A DNA stretch of 59,751 nt from Actinomycetota bacterium (GCA_046724655.1 JBKOWY010000112.1:1-59751); one strand, 5' to 3'. Counted from the stretch's first letter, positions 1-9,674 are shown. Numbers and translations: made by a program. The notes: a model not told the origin generated them from the sequence alone.

Positions 1-2763
1 GATCTGGGCGAGGGCGTAGTCGACGGCGCGCTCGTCGTCCATGGCATCGCCGTCGGCGCGTAGTTGGCGCGTGCGTTGATCGCCGAGCGCCGCGGTGAGG
101 ATCCGGGTGGTTTCGCGTCGCATCTCGCCGAAGTACCCGCCGGTGGTCGGGGGGGTGGGCTTCGATTCCGTGGCGACAGGCGTCTTGAGGTTGCGGACGA
201 CGATGCCGCGGGCGGCACCGTGGATGATCGCGGCGGCTTCTGGGCGGGTGGGAGCGAGGGCGCGGGCGACCACGTTCAGGCATGCGAACAGCCAGAAAGG
301 CTGGCGGGCCCAGTGGAGGTAGCGGATGGTGCGCCTGGCGATTTCGAGGGTGGCGGGCGTGTCGTCGAGGCGCGAGGTGAGAAGGGTGGCGAGCGCGACA
401 ACGTCGGCGTTCTCGTAGCCGAGCGCGGCGCTACGGTCGAGACTCTCACCGAGGCAGGCGCGGGCCTGGTCGGGATCGCTGTCGGCGAGTGCGACGCCGA
501 GGACCAGCAGTCCATGGGTGATGGCGTAGGGCATGTCGACCTGGCGGGCGAGGGCAATCGCTTCAGAAGCCAGGGGAACGGCGCCGAGTGCGTCACCGGC
601 ACAGGTGCGTGACCACGCCGCGATGGCAAGGTTCAGCGAGGCGACCGCGAGGTTGCCGTTGGCACGTGCGACATCGGCTGCCTGCATGGAAAACGCGACT
701 GCGTCGGCGAACGCGCCACGCACCAGCGCGCTGTCGGCGCGCGCCTGGCATACCAGGTTCTCGACGCCCGGGTCCGTATGCGCGTGGAAGCGCTGATCGG
801 CCTGGAGGGCCCCGTTGCACCGCTGCTCGACAAGTTCCAGGTCGCCGCGCGAGGCCGCGTCGACCGCAGTGATCGCGAGGGCGAGCGGAAAGTCGGCGTG
901 TTCGGTGGCGCCCCTCAGGGTCAGTGCGACCTCGCCCGGAAGCCCGAGCTGGTAGCCCCCTTCGTGTCCACGGGGCACGCTGCAAAGGATCCGGAACGCG
1001 GTGTCGACGTCGTCGACGTCGATCGCCCACGACCAGGCGGCGAGGAGATTGTCATGCTCGGCGCTGAGGCGGCCGGCCCACAGCACGTGTCCCGGGCCAT
1101 GGAGGTGCTCGAAGCCCTGCTCGGCGAAAGCGGTGTAGTGGCCCGCGTGACGGGCGCGCAGCGAGTCGGCCTCGCCGGTCTCGCCGAGACGTTCCTCGCC
1201 GTACTGTCGGATCGTCTCGAGGAGGCGGTAGCGGCTCTGGGGCCCGTGCTCCTCGGCGACCACCAAGGACCGGGCGACCAGGCTCGCGAGGCACTCGAAC
1301 ACCGCGTCGGGATGGACCCCGTCGCCGCCACAGACCGCTTCGGCGGCGTCGAGGGTGCAGCCGCCGGCGAACACCGCCAGCCGGGCCAAGAGCAGCCGCT
1401 CCGGCTCGTTCAACAGCTCATAGGACCAGTCGATCGCGGCGCGCAGCGTCTGGTGGCGCTCCACGCCACCCCGACGACCTCGTGCCAGGACCTGGAATCG
1501 CCGGTCGAGACGCTGCGCCAGCTCCGCCGGGGTCATCGCGGGGACCCGCGCCGCGGCGAGTTCGATCGCCAGCGGCACCCCGTCCAGGCGGCGACACACC
1601 TGTGCCACCGCGGCCGCGTTCTCGTCTGTGAGCTCGAAGTCGGCTGCGACCGCCGCCGCGCGCTCGACGAACAGGCGCACGGCGTCCGCCTCCACGATCG
1701 CATCGAGAGCGGCGTCCACGGGCGGCGCAGCCAGGGATGGCACCGGAACCAGCCGTTCGCCGTCCACGCCGAGGCCTTCGCGGCTCGTCGCCAACACCAC
1801 CAGCCGCGCACACGACCGCTGCAACGTGCTGACGAGGTGCGCGGCCGACTCCAGGACGTGCTCGCAGTTGTCGAGCACCACCAACAGCTCCTTCTGACGC
1901 AAGAACTCGACCAACGCCTCCTGGACCGTCTGGCCCACCCGCGCCGTTACCGAGAACACCCCGGCGACCGCCTCCGCCACCCCCGCGCGGTCGCGGACAG
2001 GCGCGAGCTCGCACCACCAAGCGCCGTCACGAAATCCGGGTAGCGCCTCGCCCGCCGCCTGCAACGCCAAACGCGTCTTGCCGACACCACCCACCCCGGT
2101 CAAGGTCACCACCCGGGCCTCACCGACCGCGGCAACCGCGCGGGCCAGCTCACTCACGCGGCCGATGAACGAACTCACCGCCAACGGCAAGTTCCCCACA
2201 AACGTGTCCAGCGACCGCAACGGCGCGAACTCGCTCACCAGATCGGGGTGGGTGACCTGGAAAATCGTCTCGGGACGACCCAGGTCCCGCAGGCGATGCT
2301 CCCCCATGTCGACCAGCGAAGACCCCGGTGGCAACGCATCGCGCACCAGCTCTCCAGTCGCGGCCGAGCACAGCACCTGCCCGCCATGACCGGCGCCCAT
2401 GATCCGCGCCGCTCGATTCAATGTCCGACCGAAATAGTCCCCAGCACGCTCCGTCGCAGTCCCCGTGTGAAGCCCCATCCGCACCCGCAACGGCCCCGTC
2501 TCAGCCCACGATTCCGCCGACAAGGCACACTGCGCCGCCACCGCCGCGTCCAGAGCGTCTCCGGCCCCCTCGAATACCGCAACCAGCCCATCGCCCATCG
2601 ACTTCAGCACGTGCCCGCCGTTGTCCTCGATCGCCTTGCCCAGGACCTCGTCGTGGCGCGCCAACGCACCCGGCATCGCGCCCGGATGCTCCTCCCACAG
2701 GCGCGTCGAGCCCTCGACGTCGGTGAAGAGAAAAGTCACCGTGCCGGTCGGCAGATCGCTCAT
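1..2763 (-). CDS. Class III adenylate/guanylate cyclase fused to a P-loop STAND/AAA ATPase and helical (TPR-like) repeats; 3' end runs off the window
   Basis: Absent from the ORF track because there is no stop in the window. ATG at 2763..2761 is followed by MSDLPTGTVTFLFTDVEGSTRLWEEHPGAM (cyclase N-terminus). Further on is VVTLTGVGGVGKTRLALQAAGEAL (Walker A, rc of ~2040-2110). The frame stays open for 921 codons down to base 1. Confidence 0.85.
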   Translation of the reverse strand, partial: MSDLPTGTVTFLFTDVEGSTRLWEEHPGAMPGALARHDEVLGKAIEDNGGHVLKSMGDGLVAVFEGAGDALDAAVAAQCALSAESWAETGPLRVRMGLHTGTATERAGDYFGRTLNRAARIMGAGHGGQVLCSAATGELVRDALPPGSSLVDMGEHRLRDLGRPETIFQVTHPDLVSEFAPLRSLDTFVGNLPLAVSSFIGRVSELARAVAAVGEARVVTLTGVGGVGKTRLALQAAGEALPGFRDGAWWCELAPVRDRAGVAEAVAGVFSVTARVGQTVQEALVEFLRQKELLVVLDNCEHVLESAAHLVSTLQRSCARLVVLATSREGLGVDGERLVPVPSLAAPPVDAALDAIVEADAVRLFVERAAAVAADFELTDENAAAVAQVCRRLDGVPLAIELAAARVPAMTPAELAQRLDRRFQVLARGRRGGVERHQTLRAAIDWSYELLNEPERLLLARLAVFAGGCTLDAAEAVCGGDGVHPDAVFECLASLVARSLVVAEEHGPQSRYRLLETIRQYGEERLGETGEADSLRARHAGHYTAFAEQGFEHLHGPGHVLWAGRLSAEHDNLLAAWSWAIDVDDVDTAFRILCSVPRGHEGGYQLGLPGEVALTLRGATEHADFPLALAITAVDAASRGDLELVEQRCNGALQADQRFHAHTDPGVENLVCQARADSALVRGAFADAVAFSMQAADVARANGNLAVASLNLAIAAWSRTCAGDALGAVPLASEAIALARQVDMPYAITHGLLVLGVALADSDPDQARACLGESLDRSAALGYENADVVALATLLTSRLDDTPATLEIARRTIRYLHWARQPFWLFACLNVVARALAPTRPEAAAIIHGAARGIVVRNLKTPVATESKPTPPTTGGYFGEMRRETTRILTAALGDQRTRQLRADGDAMDDERAVDYALAQI

Positions 2764-3249
2764 CGAAGCAAGGACCGCGTCAGCATTACGGCCCCCGGAT
2801 CGCCGGCCCTTCGGCCCGGGTCCAGAGTGACGCTGGGCTGGAGACGTCAACCTTGCGAGCGACAGCCTCGCTGAGCGCGGCCCCGATCACCGAGCGTTCG
2901 ACGTCGAGAGCGTGGAGCGGTCCGAGCACCAAGAAATTCACGCGCCGCTCCAGAATCCCTGTCCTTCCAAGACGGCGCCAAACGTCGCCTGCGGACGGAG
3001 CTTATGCCGTGCGTTGCAGTGCCGACGACAGCGAAATGACAGGGGAGACAGCGAACCGACAGGCCTCGCGCCCACGGCGGTGGTATCGGACCACGACTCT
3101 GAGGAACACTCCATGATGCCGGGAACGCCGTGCACGGGCGGGAGTAGTGCACCTACACGCAAGCCGGCGGCAGGGCCGCCCGGGTCTCGTTGCTGACCCC
3201 AAGCACCCGGCTCTTGGCTGCACCGCCCATCACATGAACGGAGAGATCG

Positions 3250-4077
3250 ATGGCAAGTGACCCCACGTGGGATTTCCTGAACCCCGCGAGCAAGGGCCGG
3301 GTGCTGGATGTGCTCCAGCGGGAGGTCGGTGAAATGTTCGAGCTCGCGGCCGAGCCCGCGCGCTGGCACACCCCGACGGCGTGCGCGGGCTGGGAGGTCC
3401 GCGACATGGTCGGTCATCTGGTCGCCGAGACCGAGGGCTACCTGCGGGCCTTCGACACCGCACGCCGCGGCGTCGCCCCTGCCGAGGAGCCGGTCGGCGT
3501 GGCGGGGATGGCCAACGCGTCCGACGAGGCAGCCCGCGCGTTCCGCGATGTGCCGCGTGCCGAACTGCTCGAGCGCCTCCGCAACGAGACAGATCGGTTG
3601 ATCCACGAGTTCGAGTCGCTTTCGGACGCCGACTGGTCGGGCCTGATCGTTCCCGAGCGTTACTTGGGCCCACTCCCTGCGATGATCATCGTCGAGGGCC
3701 TGCTCGGCGGATACACAGTGCACGGCTGGGACGTCCGCCATGGTATTGGCGCTCCGCACGCGATCGCCGGGGACGCGGCCGACCTGCTGGTGCCGTTCGT
3801 CTTCCTGCTCTGGCAGGCGACCGCCGAAACCGCCTCCGTCGACGAGCCCTACTCGATAGGCGTACGCACGACCGGTCGGAACGGCGGCGATACCAGAATC
3901 GACATTTCCGACCAAGGCTTGCGGTTCGCACCCGGCGACGTTGACGAATGCGACGCCATCCTCGATTTCGATCCCGGGACACTCGTGCTCACCGCTTACG
4001 GCCGAATAAACGCCGGGACCGTGCGTGGTGACCACCAGCTGGCCACGAGCTTCCGATCCCTGTTCGTATCGATCTGA
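3250..4077 (+). CDS. Maleylpyruvate isomerase-family mycothiol-dependent enzyme (DinB-like fold)
   Basis: ORF track 275 aa. N-terminal motif TPTACAGWEVRDMVGHLV is typical of the TIGR03083/MDMPI_N family. GGAGAG lies upstream of the ATG at 3250. Confidence 0.8.
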   Translation: MASDPTWDFLNPASKGRVLDVLQREVGEMFELAAEPARWHTPTACAGWEVRDMVGHLVAETEGYLRAFDTARRGVAPAEEPVGVAGMANASDEAARAFRDVPRAELLERLRNETDRLIHEFESLSDADWSGLIVPERYLGPLPAMIIVEGLLGGYTVHGWDVRHGIGAPHAIAGDAADLLVPFVFLLWQATAETASVDEPYSIGVRTTGRNGGDTRIDISDQGLRFAPGDVDECDAILDFDPGTLVLTAYGRINAGTVRGDHQLATSFRSLFVSI

Positions 4078-4116
4078 TCGACCGGGCACCGGGTGGCCCC
4101 GGCGACGCGTAGCCGA

Positions 4117-5199
4117 TCAGCGAACCGTCACCGGTACGCGTTGCACGGCGTTATTGGCGTAGCCCTTGACGTTCCACTCGGCCGCGACGGGCTGCTCGTT
4201 GCCGGCGCCGTCGTGCGCCCGGCACCACAGCTCGTAGTCGCCCGGGGCCTCGGGTTGCCAAGTCCAAGACCACGAGCGCCACGCGTATTCGCCGAGATCG
4301 TGGTCCAGTGACGCGTCGTGCCACGATCGCCCCTCGTCCGCGCTGACCTGCACCTGCGTGATCGGGGCGACACCCGACCATGCACGTCCGCGAATGGGGC
4401 ACGGACCGAGTGCGACGAAGCGGCGCCGAGTCATGAAGTCGGGGAAACCGGGCGGGACCATGAGCGCGCGGGGCGCCATCCGCGTGACGGGCTCCCCCGC
4501 ATCGTCGGGATCACGCAGCATGCGGTAGCCCTCTGCCTGTTGAAACCCGGCGAACGGTTCGGCCACCCCGGTGATGCGTGCGAGCCACTTCACGTTCGTC
4601 ATGCCGTACCAGCCCGGGACGACGAGCCGCAGGGGGAACCCGTGCTGCGGCAGCAGCGGCTCTCCGTTCATCTCGTACGCAAGGAGCACGTCGTCGCGCG
4701 ACGCTTCGGCAATGGGCAGGCTGCGCTCGTAGTCCTGTTCGATGCCGCCCTCCATGCCGTGGTCGAGGCCGGTGAACACGACCTCGACCGCGTCATCGAG
4801 CAGCTCGGCCTCCTCAAGCACGAGGCGCAGCGGAGTGCCCGTCCACTCGGCGGTTCCCACCGCTTCGACGAGCCACGGCTGACTGAACGGCCGCGGATCG
4901 AGGCGCGCCCGCCCGTTCCCGGCGCACTCCATCGTGACGGGAACGGTCCGAGCGGGACGTGCGTGGAGCTCGGCGAGCGACAGCGCGAATGGCCTGCGCA
5001 CGCGTCCCCCGATGCGCAGCGACCATGCGGCGCTGTCGACGCGCGGGATGTCGTAATGGATCAGGAGGTAGTGGAGGCCGACGGGAGTGAGGTCCCAGTC
5101 GAGCGCCTCGAGCGGCATGCCGCTGTTGCGAGTGGCGAGTTGGAGCTCCTCGACGCTGATGCCGGGCTCGGGCACTAGCTGCGCCCTCTCTGCCTTCAC
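4117..5199 (-). CDS. Sulfite oxidase-family molybdopterin oxidoreductase
   Basis: ORF track 4117..5301. Motifs VTMECAGNGR, GFPLRLVVPGWYGMTNVKWL and the C-terminal Ig-like dimerisation region match the SUOX/SorA family. Start is uncertain: 5301 lies only 11 nt from the divergent gene, and in-frame GTG at 5199 (or 5175) is more plausible. Confidence 0.8.
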   Translation of the reverse strand: MKAERAQLVPEPGISVEELQLATRNSGMPLEALDWDLTPVGLHYLLIHYDIPRVDSAAWSLRIGGRVRRPFALSLAELHARPARTVPVTMECAGNGRARLDPRPFSQPWLVEAVGTAEWTGTPLRLVLEEAELLDDAVEVVFTGLDHGMEGGIEQDYERSLPIAEASRDDVLLAYEMNGEPLLPQHGFPLRLVVPGWYGMTNVKWLARITGVAEPFAGFQQAEGYRMLRDPDDAGEPVTRMAPRALMVPPGFPDFMTRRRFVALGPCPIRGRAWSGVAPITQVQVSADEGRSWHDASLDHDLGEYAWRSWSWTWQPEAPGDYELWCRAHDGAGNEQPVAAEWNVKGYANNAVQRVPVTVR

Positions 5200-5312
5200 C
5201 GGCTGCACCCTATTCCGGCCGGGACCGTCGGCGCGAGCAAGACAGCGCGAGGGAACACCGATCGTCTCGTGCCCCAAACGCGGATACGAGCGCCCGTACA
5301 CTGCCGAACCTC

Positions 5313-6782
5313 ATGACGTTCCTCGCCTGGCGCGAGCGCTGGTTCGGTACGAAGCAGTTCACTCGTGTGCGAACCGGGGCGCGCCGCCACTGGGTCTTTC
5401 TCACCGTGCTCGGCGCAGGGCTTGGCCTTCGGTTCGTGACACAGCTCGCCTATCGACCGGCGCTCTTGTTCATCGATTCGTACAGCTACCTCGAGAACCT
5501 CCATGGCCTGAGCCCGAACAACGCCCAACCGATCGGCTACGTGATCTTCCTGCTGCGCCCCGTACTGTCGTTCGGGAACCTCGCCACGGTGGCCGCGCTC
5601 CAGCACATCTTGGGGTTGGCAATGGCGGTCGCGATCTATTCCGTCCTCGTCCGGCTCGGGTCGCCCCTGTGGCTTGCGCCGCTCGCCGCCGCGCCGGTTC
5701 TGCTCGACGCCTACCAGCTGCAGATCGAGCAGAACATCATGTCCGACGTCTTGTTCCAGGCTCTGGTGCTCGCTGCCGTCGTGCTGCTGCTCTGGAGCCG
5801 ACCCGTGACCTTGCCTGCGCTCGCGATCGCCGGCGCCCTATTCGGCCTGGCCACGATGGTCCGCACCGTGGGCCTGGTGCTGGTCATGCCCGCCGTCGCG
5901 TTCGCGCTGTTCTCCGGCGGCGGATGGCAGCGACTCACGCGAGCAGGGACCATCGCGCTGGCGTTCGCCGTGCCGGTAGGGGCTTACGCCGGCTATTACT
6001 GGATCGACACGGGAAGCGTTGGCCTCACCCGCGGCGATGCCCTTCTGCTCTACGGTCGGGCCGCGACCATTGTCGACTGCCCTGGGCTCGACATGCCGGA
6101 CTACGAGCGCGTGTTGTGCCCGAAAGAGCCGCGTGGACAGCGGCGGGGCGTCAACGACTACGCCCACCACAGCCCATATCCGGGACGAGTCGTGCCGCCG
6201 CCGGGCAAGAACGTAGACATTGTGCTGCGCGATTTTGCGCGTCGCGTGTTCGTGCACCAGCCGTTGGACTTCTCGAAACATGTCGTCACCGATTTCGGGA
6301 AGGGATTCGCCTGGCCGCGCCGCACGTTTGCCGGTGATGCGACCATCGAGAGGTGGCGGTTCCAGCGCGACTACCCGAACTTCGAACAGGACCCCGCGGC
6401 GACCATCCGGCAGCACGGCGGCGGTGGTGGGCCCGATGTCACGGAGCCTCTCGCGGTTTTCCTGCGCGGATATCAGCTCAGTGCGGGCTACGTACCCGGC
6501 CCTGTCCTTGGGCTCGCATTCGGCGTCGGCTTGATTGCTGCGAGTGGGGTTGGTCGGGCACGTCGATCTGGGTTGCGGGCCGCATGCGCGCTCACGACCC
6601 TCTGCGGGCTGTCCCTCCTCCTCGCTGCCGACGGGTTCCATTTCTCGTGGCGTTACCAGCTTCCTGCGCTCCCGCTCGCTCCCCTCGCCGGCGCCCTAGG
6701 TATCACCGCACTGATGGGATGGGTGAGTACGAGCGCTACCAGTCGCGTAGGGGCCGCCGTTACTGCGGACGGACGCGATTAG
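5313..6782 (+). CDS. Polytopic GT-C fold glycosyltransferase (PMT_2/ArnT-like, phospholipid-carrier dependent)
   Basis: ORF track 489 aa. It has many hydrophobic helices in the first ~250 aa, an acidic first-loop motif FIDSYSYLEN, and a soluble C-terminal part. The 3' end overlaps the convergent sqdB by 23 nt. Confidence 0.7.
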   Translation: MTFLAWRERWFGTKQFTRVRTGARRHWVFLTVLGAGLGLRFVTQLAYRPALLFIDSYSYLENLHGLSPNNAQPIGYVIFLLRPVLSFGNLATVAALQHILGLAMAVAIYSVLVRLGSPLWLAPLAAAPVLLDAYQLQIEQNIMSDVLFQALVLAAVVLLLWSRPVTLPALAIAGALFGLATMVRTVGLVLVMPAVAFALFSGGGWQRLTRAGTIALAFAVPVGAYAGYYWIDTGSVGLTRGDALLLYGRAATIVDCPGLDMPDYERVLCPKEPRGQRRGVNDYAHHSPYPGRVVPPPGKNVDIVLRDFARRVFVHQPLDFSKHVVTDFGKGFAWPRRTFAGDATIERWRFQRDYPNFEQDPAATIRQHGGGGGPDVTEPLAVFLRGYQLSAGYVPGPVLGLAFGVGLIAASGVGRARRSGLRAACALTTLCGLSLLLAADGFHFSWRYQLPALPLAPLAGALGITALMGWVSTSATSRVGAAVTADGRD

Positions 6783-7926
6783 CGGTTCGGCGCCAGTTCA
6801 CGAGTGGGAGCAGTGCGGCACGATCGACGCGGTGCTTGTAGCGCTCCGCGACGTCGAACATCGAGGCGATAAGCGTGTCGGACAAGTAGTGCGGTGTCAG
6901 ACCGAGGTCTACAAGTCCGGTATGGACGACGCTGTAGTAGTGGGCTTCGTCTTCCACACGCGGATTCTGGATGTTCTCGATGGAGACCTCTCCCGGATAC
7001 GTAGTGGCAACCACCTTGGCGATCTCCGTGATCGTCATGGTCTCCGTCATCTGGTTGAAGACGCGGAATTCCCCACGCTGGGCGGGCTGCTCGGAAGTCA
7101 GTCGAAGGCATTCGACCGTGTCGCGGATGTCGATGACGCCTCGTGTCTGACCTCCCTCGCCGTAGATCGTGAGTGGCTCCCCGAGTACGGCTTGGACGAC
7201 GAAGCGGTTCAGGACCGTCCCAAAGATCGCGTCGTAGTCGAACCGAGTCGCGAGCCGATCGTCCAGCGCGGTCTGGGGTGTCTGCTGTCCGTAGACAACC
7301 CCTTGGTTCAAGTCGGTGGCGCGTAGCCCCCAGGCACGGCACGCGAACTCGATGTTGTGGCTGTCGTGCACCTTGGTCAGGTGGTAGAAGGACCCCGGCC
7401 GCTTGGGGTAGAGCACCCGATCGGTGCGACCCTTGTGGTTCAGGTCCAGCCAACCCTCCTCGATGTCGATATTCGGCGTGCCGTACTCCCCCATGGTGCC
7501 GAGCTTGACGAGATGGATGTCGGGGTCGATCTCCTTGATCGCGTAAAGGACGTTCAGCGTCCCGATCACATTGTTGAACTGGGTGTACACGGCGTGCTCG
7601 CGATCGATCATCGAGTAGGGCGCAGCGCGCTGTTCGGCGAAGTGGATGATCGTCTCCGGATGAAACTGCTCGATCATCTCGTAGGTCGCGTGCGCGTCGG
7701 TGAGATCTACGACGAACACGTTGATCAGTCGACCGGTGTGCTCGTACCAGACTCTGGTTCGGATGTGGAGCGGCTCGACCGGGACGAGGCTCTCGACACC
7801 CATCTCGTGGTCGTACTGGCGCCGTACGAAGTTGTCGCCGATCGCGACATCGTGGCCGCACTCGCAGAGATGTAATGCAGTGGGCCAACCGAGGTACCCG
7901 TCGCCTCCCAGGATCAAGATCCGCAC
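6760..7926 (-). CDS. sqdB: UDP-sulfoquinovose synthase
   Basis: Long collinear matches to plant SQD1/bacterial SqdB as I remember them: GGDGYLGW, EQRAAPYSMID, HLVKLGTMGEYGTPNIDIEEG, SFYHLTKVHDSHNI, ATDLNQGVVYG, GGQTRG, NPRVEDEAHYY, PHYLSD. Start set at GTG 7926 because GGAGGAG lies 7 nt upstream. The ORF-track start at 8127 overlaps the upstream gene. Confidence 0.92.
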   Translation of the reverse strand: MRILILGGDGYLGWPTALHLCECGHDVAIGDNFVRRQYDHEMGVESLVPVEPLHIRTRVWYEHTGRLINVFVVDLTDAHATYEMIEQFHPETIIHFAEQRAAPYSMIDREHAVYTQFNNVIGTLNVLYAIKEIDPDIHLVKLGTMGEYGTPNIDIEEGWLDLNHKGRTDRVLYPKRPGSFYHLTKVHDSHNIEFACRAWGLRATDLNQGVVYGQQTPQTALDDRLATRFDYDAIFGTVLNRFVVQAVLGEPLTIYGEGGQTRGVIDIRDTVECLRLTSEQPAQRGEFRVFNQMTETMTITEIAKVVATTYPGEVSIENIQNPRVEDEAHYYSVVHTGLVDLGLTPHYLSDTLIASMFDVAERYKHRVDRAALLPLVNWRRTANRVRPQ

Positions 7927-8059
7927 TCCGGTCTCCTCCGCCGGTAGGCCGCTGAGTTGTGGTCTTACCGTGGGACCATCCGCCGGGCTGGGCCCAACAT
8001 TCTTAGCACGCAACTTCACGCTCTCGGCATCGCCGTCGGCGAGGTAGTCAGGACATATC

Positions 8060-8875
8060 TCACCGTGGCAGTCGAGAATTGGGGATGCGCTTCGTACGGT
8101 GACGCTCACGAAGCCACGTGCCGACAAGCACCCTCGCGTAACGAGGCCCGTAGACGAACCACCACCCTTTCTTGGTCTTCCCGTGCGAGCGTTTCCGCAT
8201 CGTCATCGGGATTTCAACGAACCGAAACCCCTTGGCCAGCGTCTCCATGAGGAGTTCGGACGCTTGGTATTGCGGCTGGCGCAGTGTGACGGATTCCGTG
8301 ACCTCGACGGTCATGGCTCGAAAGCCCGAGGACGTGTCCGTGATGTGCCGACCGGTGAGCAGGCTCGCGAGCAGCGCGAAGAAACGTGACCCGAGCCGGC
8401 GAATTGGATCAGTTGTCTCCTGACGGCCGAGCCACCGCGAGCCGACAACGAAGTCCGCTTCGCCGGCCACGAGCGGCCGCAGGAGGTGGTCGATCTCGCT
8501 GCCGGCGTACTGCCCGTCAGCATCGGTCGTGACGATGAAACGCGCGCCGGCGCGGCGGGCCAGTGAGTAGCCGACGCGGAAAGCTGTCCCCTGACCGCGA
8601 TTCGTCGCGAACGTGCAAACGTACGCGGTGTGGGCGTCGGCCACGGACGCCGTGCCGTCGGTATCGCCGTCCACCACGACGATGCAGCTCAGGGGCAGCC
8701 CGCACGCCTCTGCGGGCAGCTCGTCGAGCACGCCGCCGATAGACGCCTCCTCCTGGTACGCGGCGATCACGACGACCACGGGCGAGAGCTCGACGTCCCC
8801 ATAACGAGCATGGAATGCGCTCATCGCAGCTTGGTCAGCCTCGTCGAGGCCGGGGGCCAACAGCCCTTGTTTCAT
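8060..8875 (-). CDS. GT2 glycosyltransferase of the polyprenyl-phosphate sugar synthase type (DPM1/GtrB/ArnC-like)
   Basis: C-terminal 271 aa of ORF 8060..9331. Features: VVIAAYQEE, VVVDGDTDGT, TTDADGQY (DxD), TDTSSGFRA, and a basic/hydrophobic tail KKGWWFVYGPRYARVLVGTWL. ATG at 8875. The rest of the tracked ORF is antisense to the SDR gene. No obvious SD, so it may be leaderless. Confidence 0.8.
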   Translation of the reverse strand: MKQGLLAPGLDEADQAAMSAFHARYGDVELSPVVVVIAAYQEEASIGGVLDELPAEACGLPLSCIVVVDGDTDGTASVADAHTAYVCTFATNRGQGTAFRVGYSLARRAGARFIVTTDADGQYAGSEIDHLLRPLVAGEADFVVGSRWLGRQETTDPIRRLGSRFFALLASLLTGRHITDTSSGFRAMTVEVTESVTLRQPQYQASELLMETLAKGFRFVEIPMTMRKRSHGKTKKGWWFVYGPRYARVLVGTWLRERHRTKRIPNSRLPR

Positions 8876-8897
8876 CCCGAAAAAGTACGCTGCCGCC

Positions 8898-9674
8898 GTG
8901 CCCGCGCTCGACCCGTTGGCCACGTTCCGCCTTGACGGTCGCGTGGCCATCGTGACGGGCGCGAGCTCGGGACTCGGCGCTCGGTTCGCGCGTGTGCTCG
9001 ACGCTGCCGGCGCCCGAGTCGTGCTCGCGGCCCGCCGGCTCGATCGGCTCGAAGCTCTGGCCGGCGAGCTCTCCGATGTGCTGCCCGTTGCATGCGACCT
9101 GTCCGACGCCGATGCGCCGAGCGCGGTCGTCGACGCCACCCTCGGCCACTTCGGCACGATCGACGTGCTCGTGAACAACGCCGGTGTGGATGCGCTCGCG
9201 CCGGCGCTGGACGAGCCGATCGATACGTTCCGCGGCGTGCTCGAGGTGAACCTGGTTGCGCCGTTCGCGCTCGCCCAGCTCTCGGCCCGCTCGATGGTCG
9301 AGAGCAAGAAGGGCGGGACGATTGTCAACATCGCGTCGCTCTGGGGACTGGTCGGCGTCGGCCAGATCCCGATGGCTAGCTACGCGGCGTCCAAGGGCGG
9401 CCTCGTCAACCTCACACGCGAGCTTGCCGCCCAGTGGGCGCGCCAGAGCGTACGAGTGAACGCGCTCGCGCCCGGCTGGTTCCCGACCGAGATGACCGAA
9501 GGCCGCATGTTCGGGGACGAGCGCTCGGAACGCTGGATCCGCAGCCGGACACCGATGGGGCGCGAGGGCGACGAGCACGAACTCGACGGCGCGCTGCTCT
9601 TCCTGGCCAGCGACGCGAGCAGCTACGTAACCGGCCAGATCCTGAGCGTCGACGGAGGCTGGACGGCGATCTGA
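8898..9674 (+). CDS. Short-chain dehydrogenase/reductase (SDR)
   Basis: 258 aa with VTGASSGLG (TGxxxGxG), NNAG and YAASKGG (YxxxK). GTG start lies 22 nt from the divergent GT2 start. Confidence 0.9.
   Translation: MPALDPLATFRLDGRVAIVTGASSGLGARFARVLDAAGARVVLAARRLDRLEALAGELSDVLPVACDLSDADAPSAVVDATLGHFGTIDVLVNNAGVDALAPALDEPIDTFRGVLEVNLVAPFALAQLSARSMVESKKGGTIVNIASLWGLVGVGQIPMASYAASKGGLVNLTRELAAQWARQSVRVNALAPGWFPTEMTEGRMFGDERSERWIRSRTPMGREGDEHELDGALLFLASDASSYVTGQILSVDGGWTAI

Noticed and set aside
1-2763. Cyclase-STAND-TPR protein as a novel antiphage STAND system.
   Set aside because: The cyclase + P-loop + TPR architecture is a known, common actinobacterial regulator class (for example the Rv0386-type). 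The C-terminus is outside the window, and there are no neighbouring defence-type genes.
7927-8127. 67-aa N-terminal extension of sqdB.
   Set aside because: It overlaps the upstream GT2 3' end and has no SQD1 counterpart. A strong GGAGGAG RBS precedes GTG 7926, where the Rossmann GGDGY motif follows immediately.
8876-9331. N-terminal 152-aa extension of the GT2 ORF (tracked as 8060..9331).
   Set aside because: The extension is antisense to the well-supported SDR gene and is Ser/Ala/Thr/Arg low complexity. GT2 homology begins at the internal ATG 8875.
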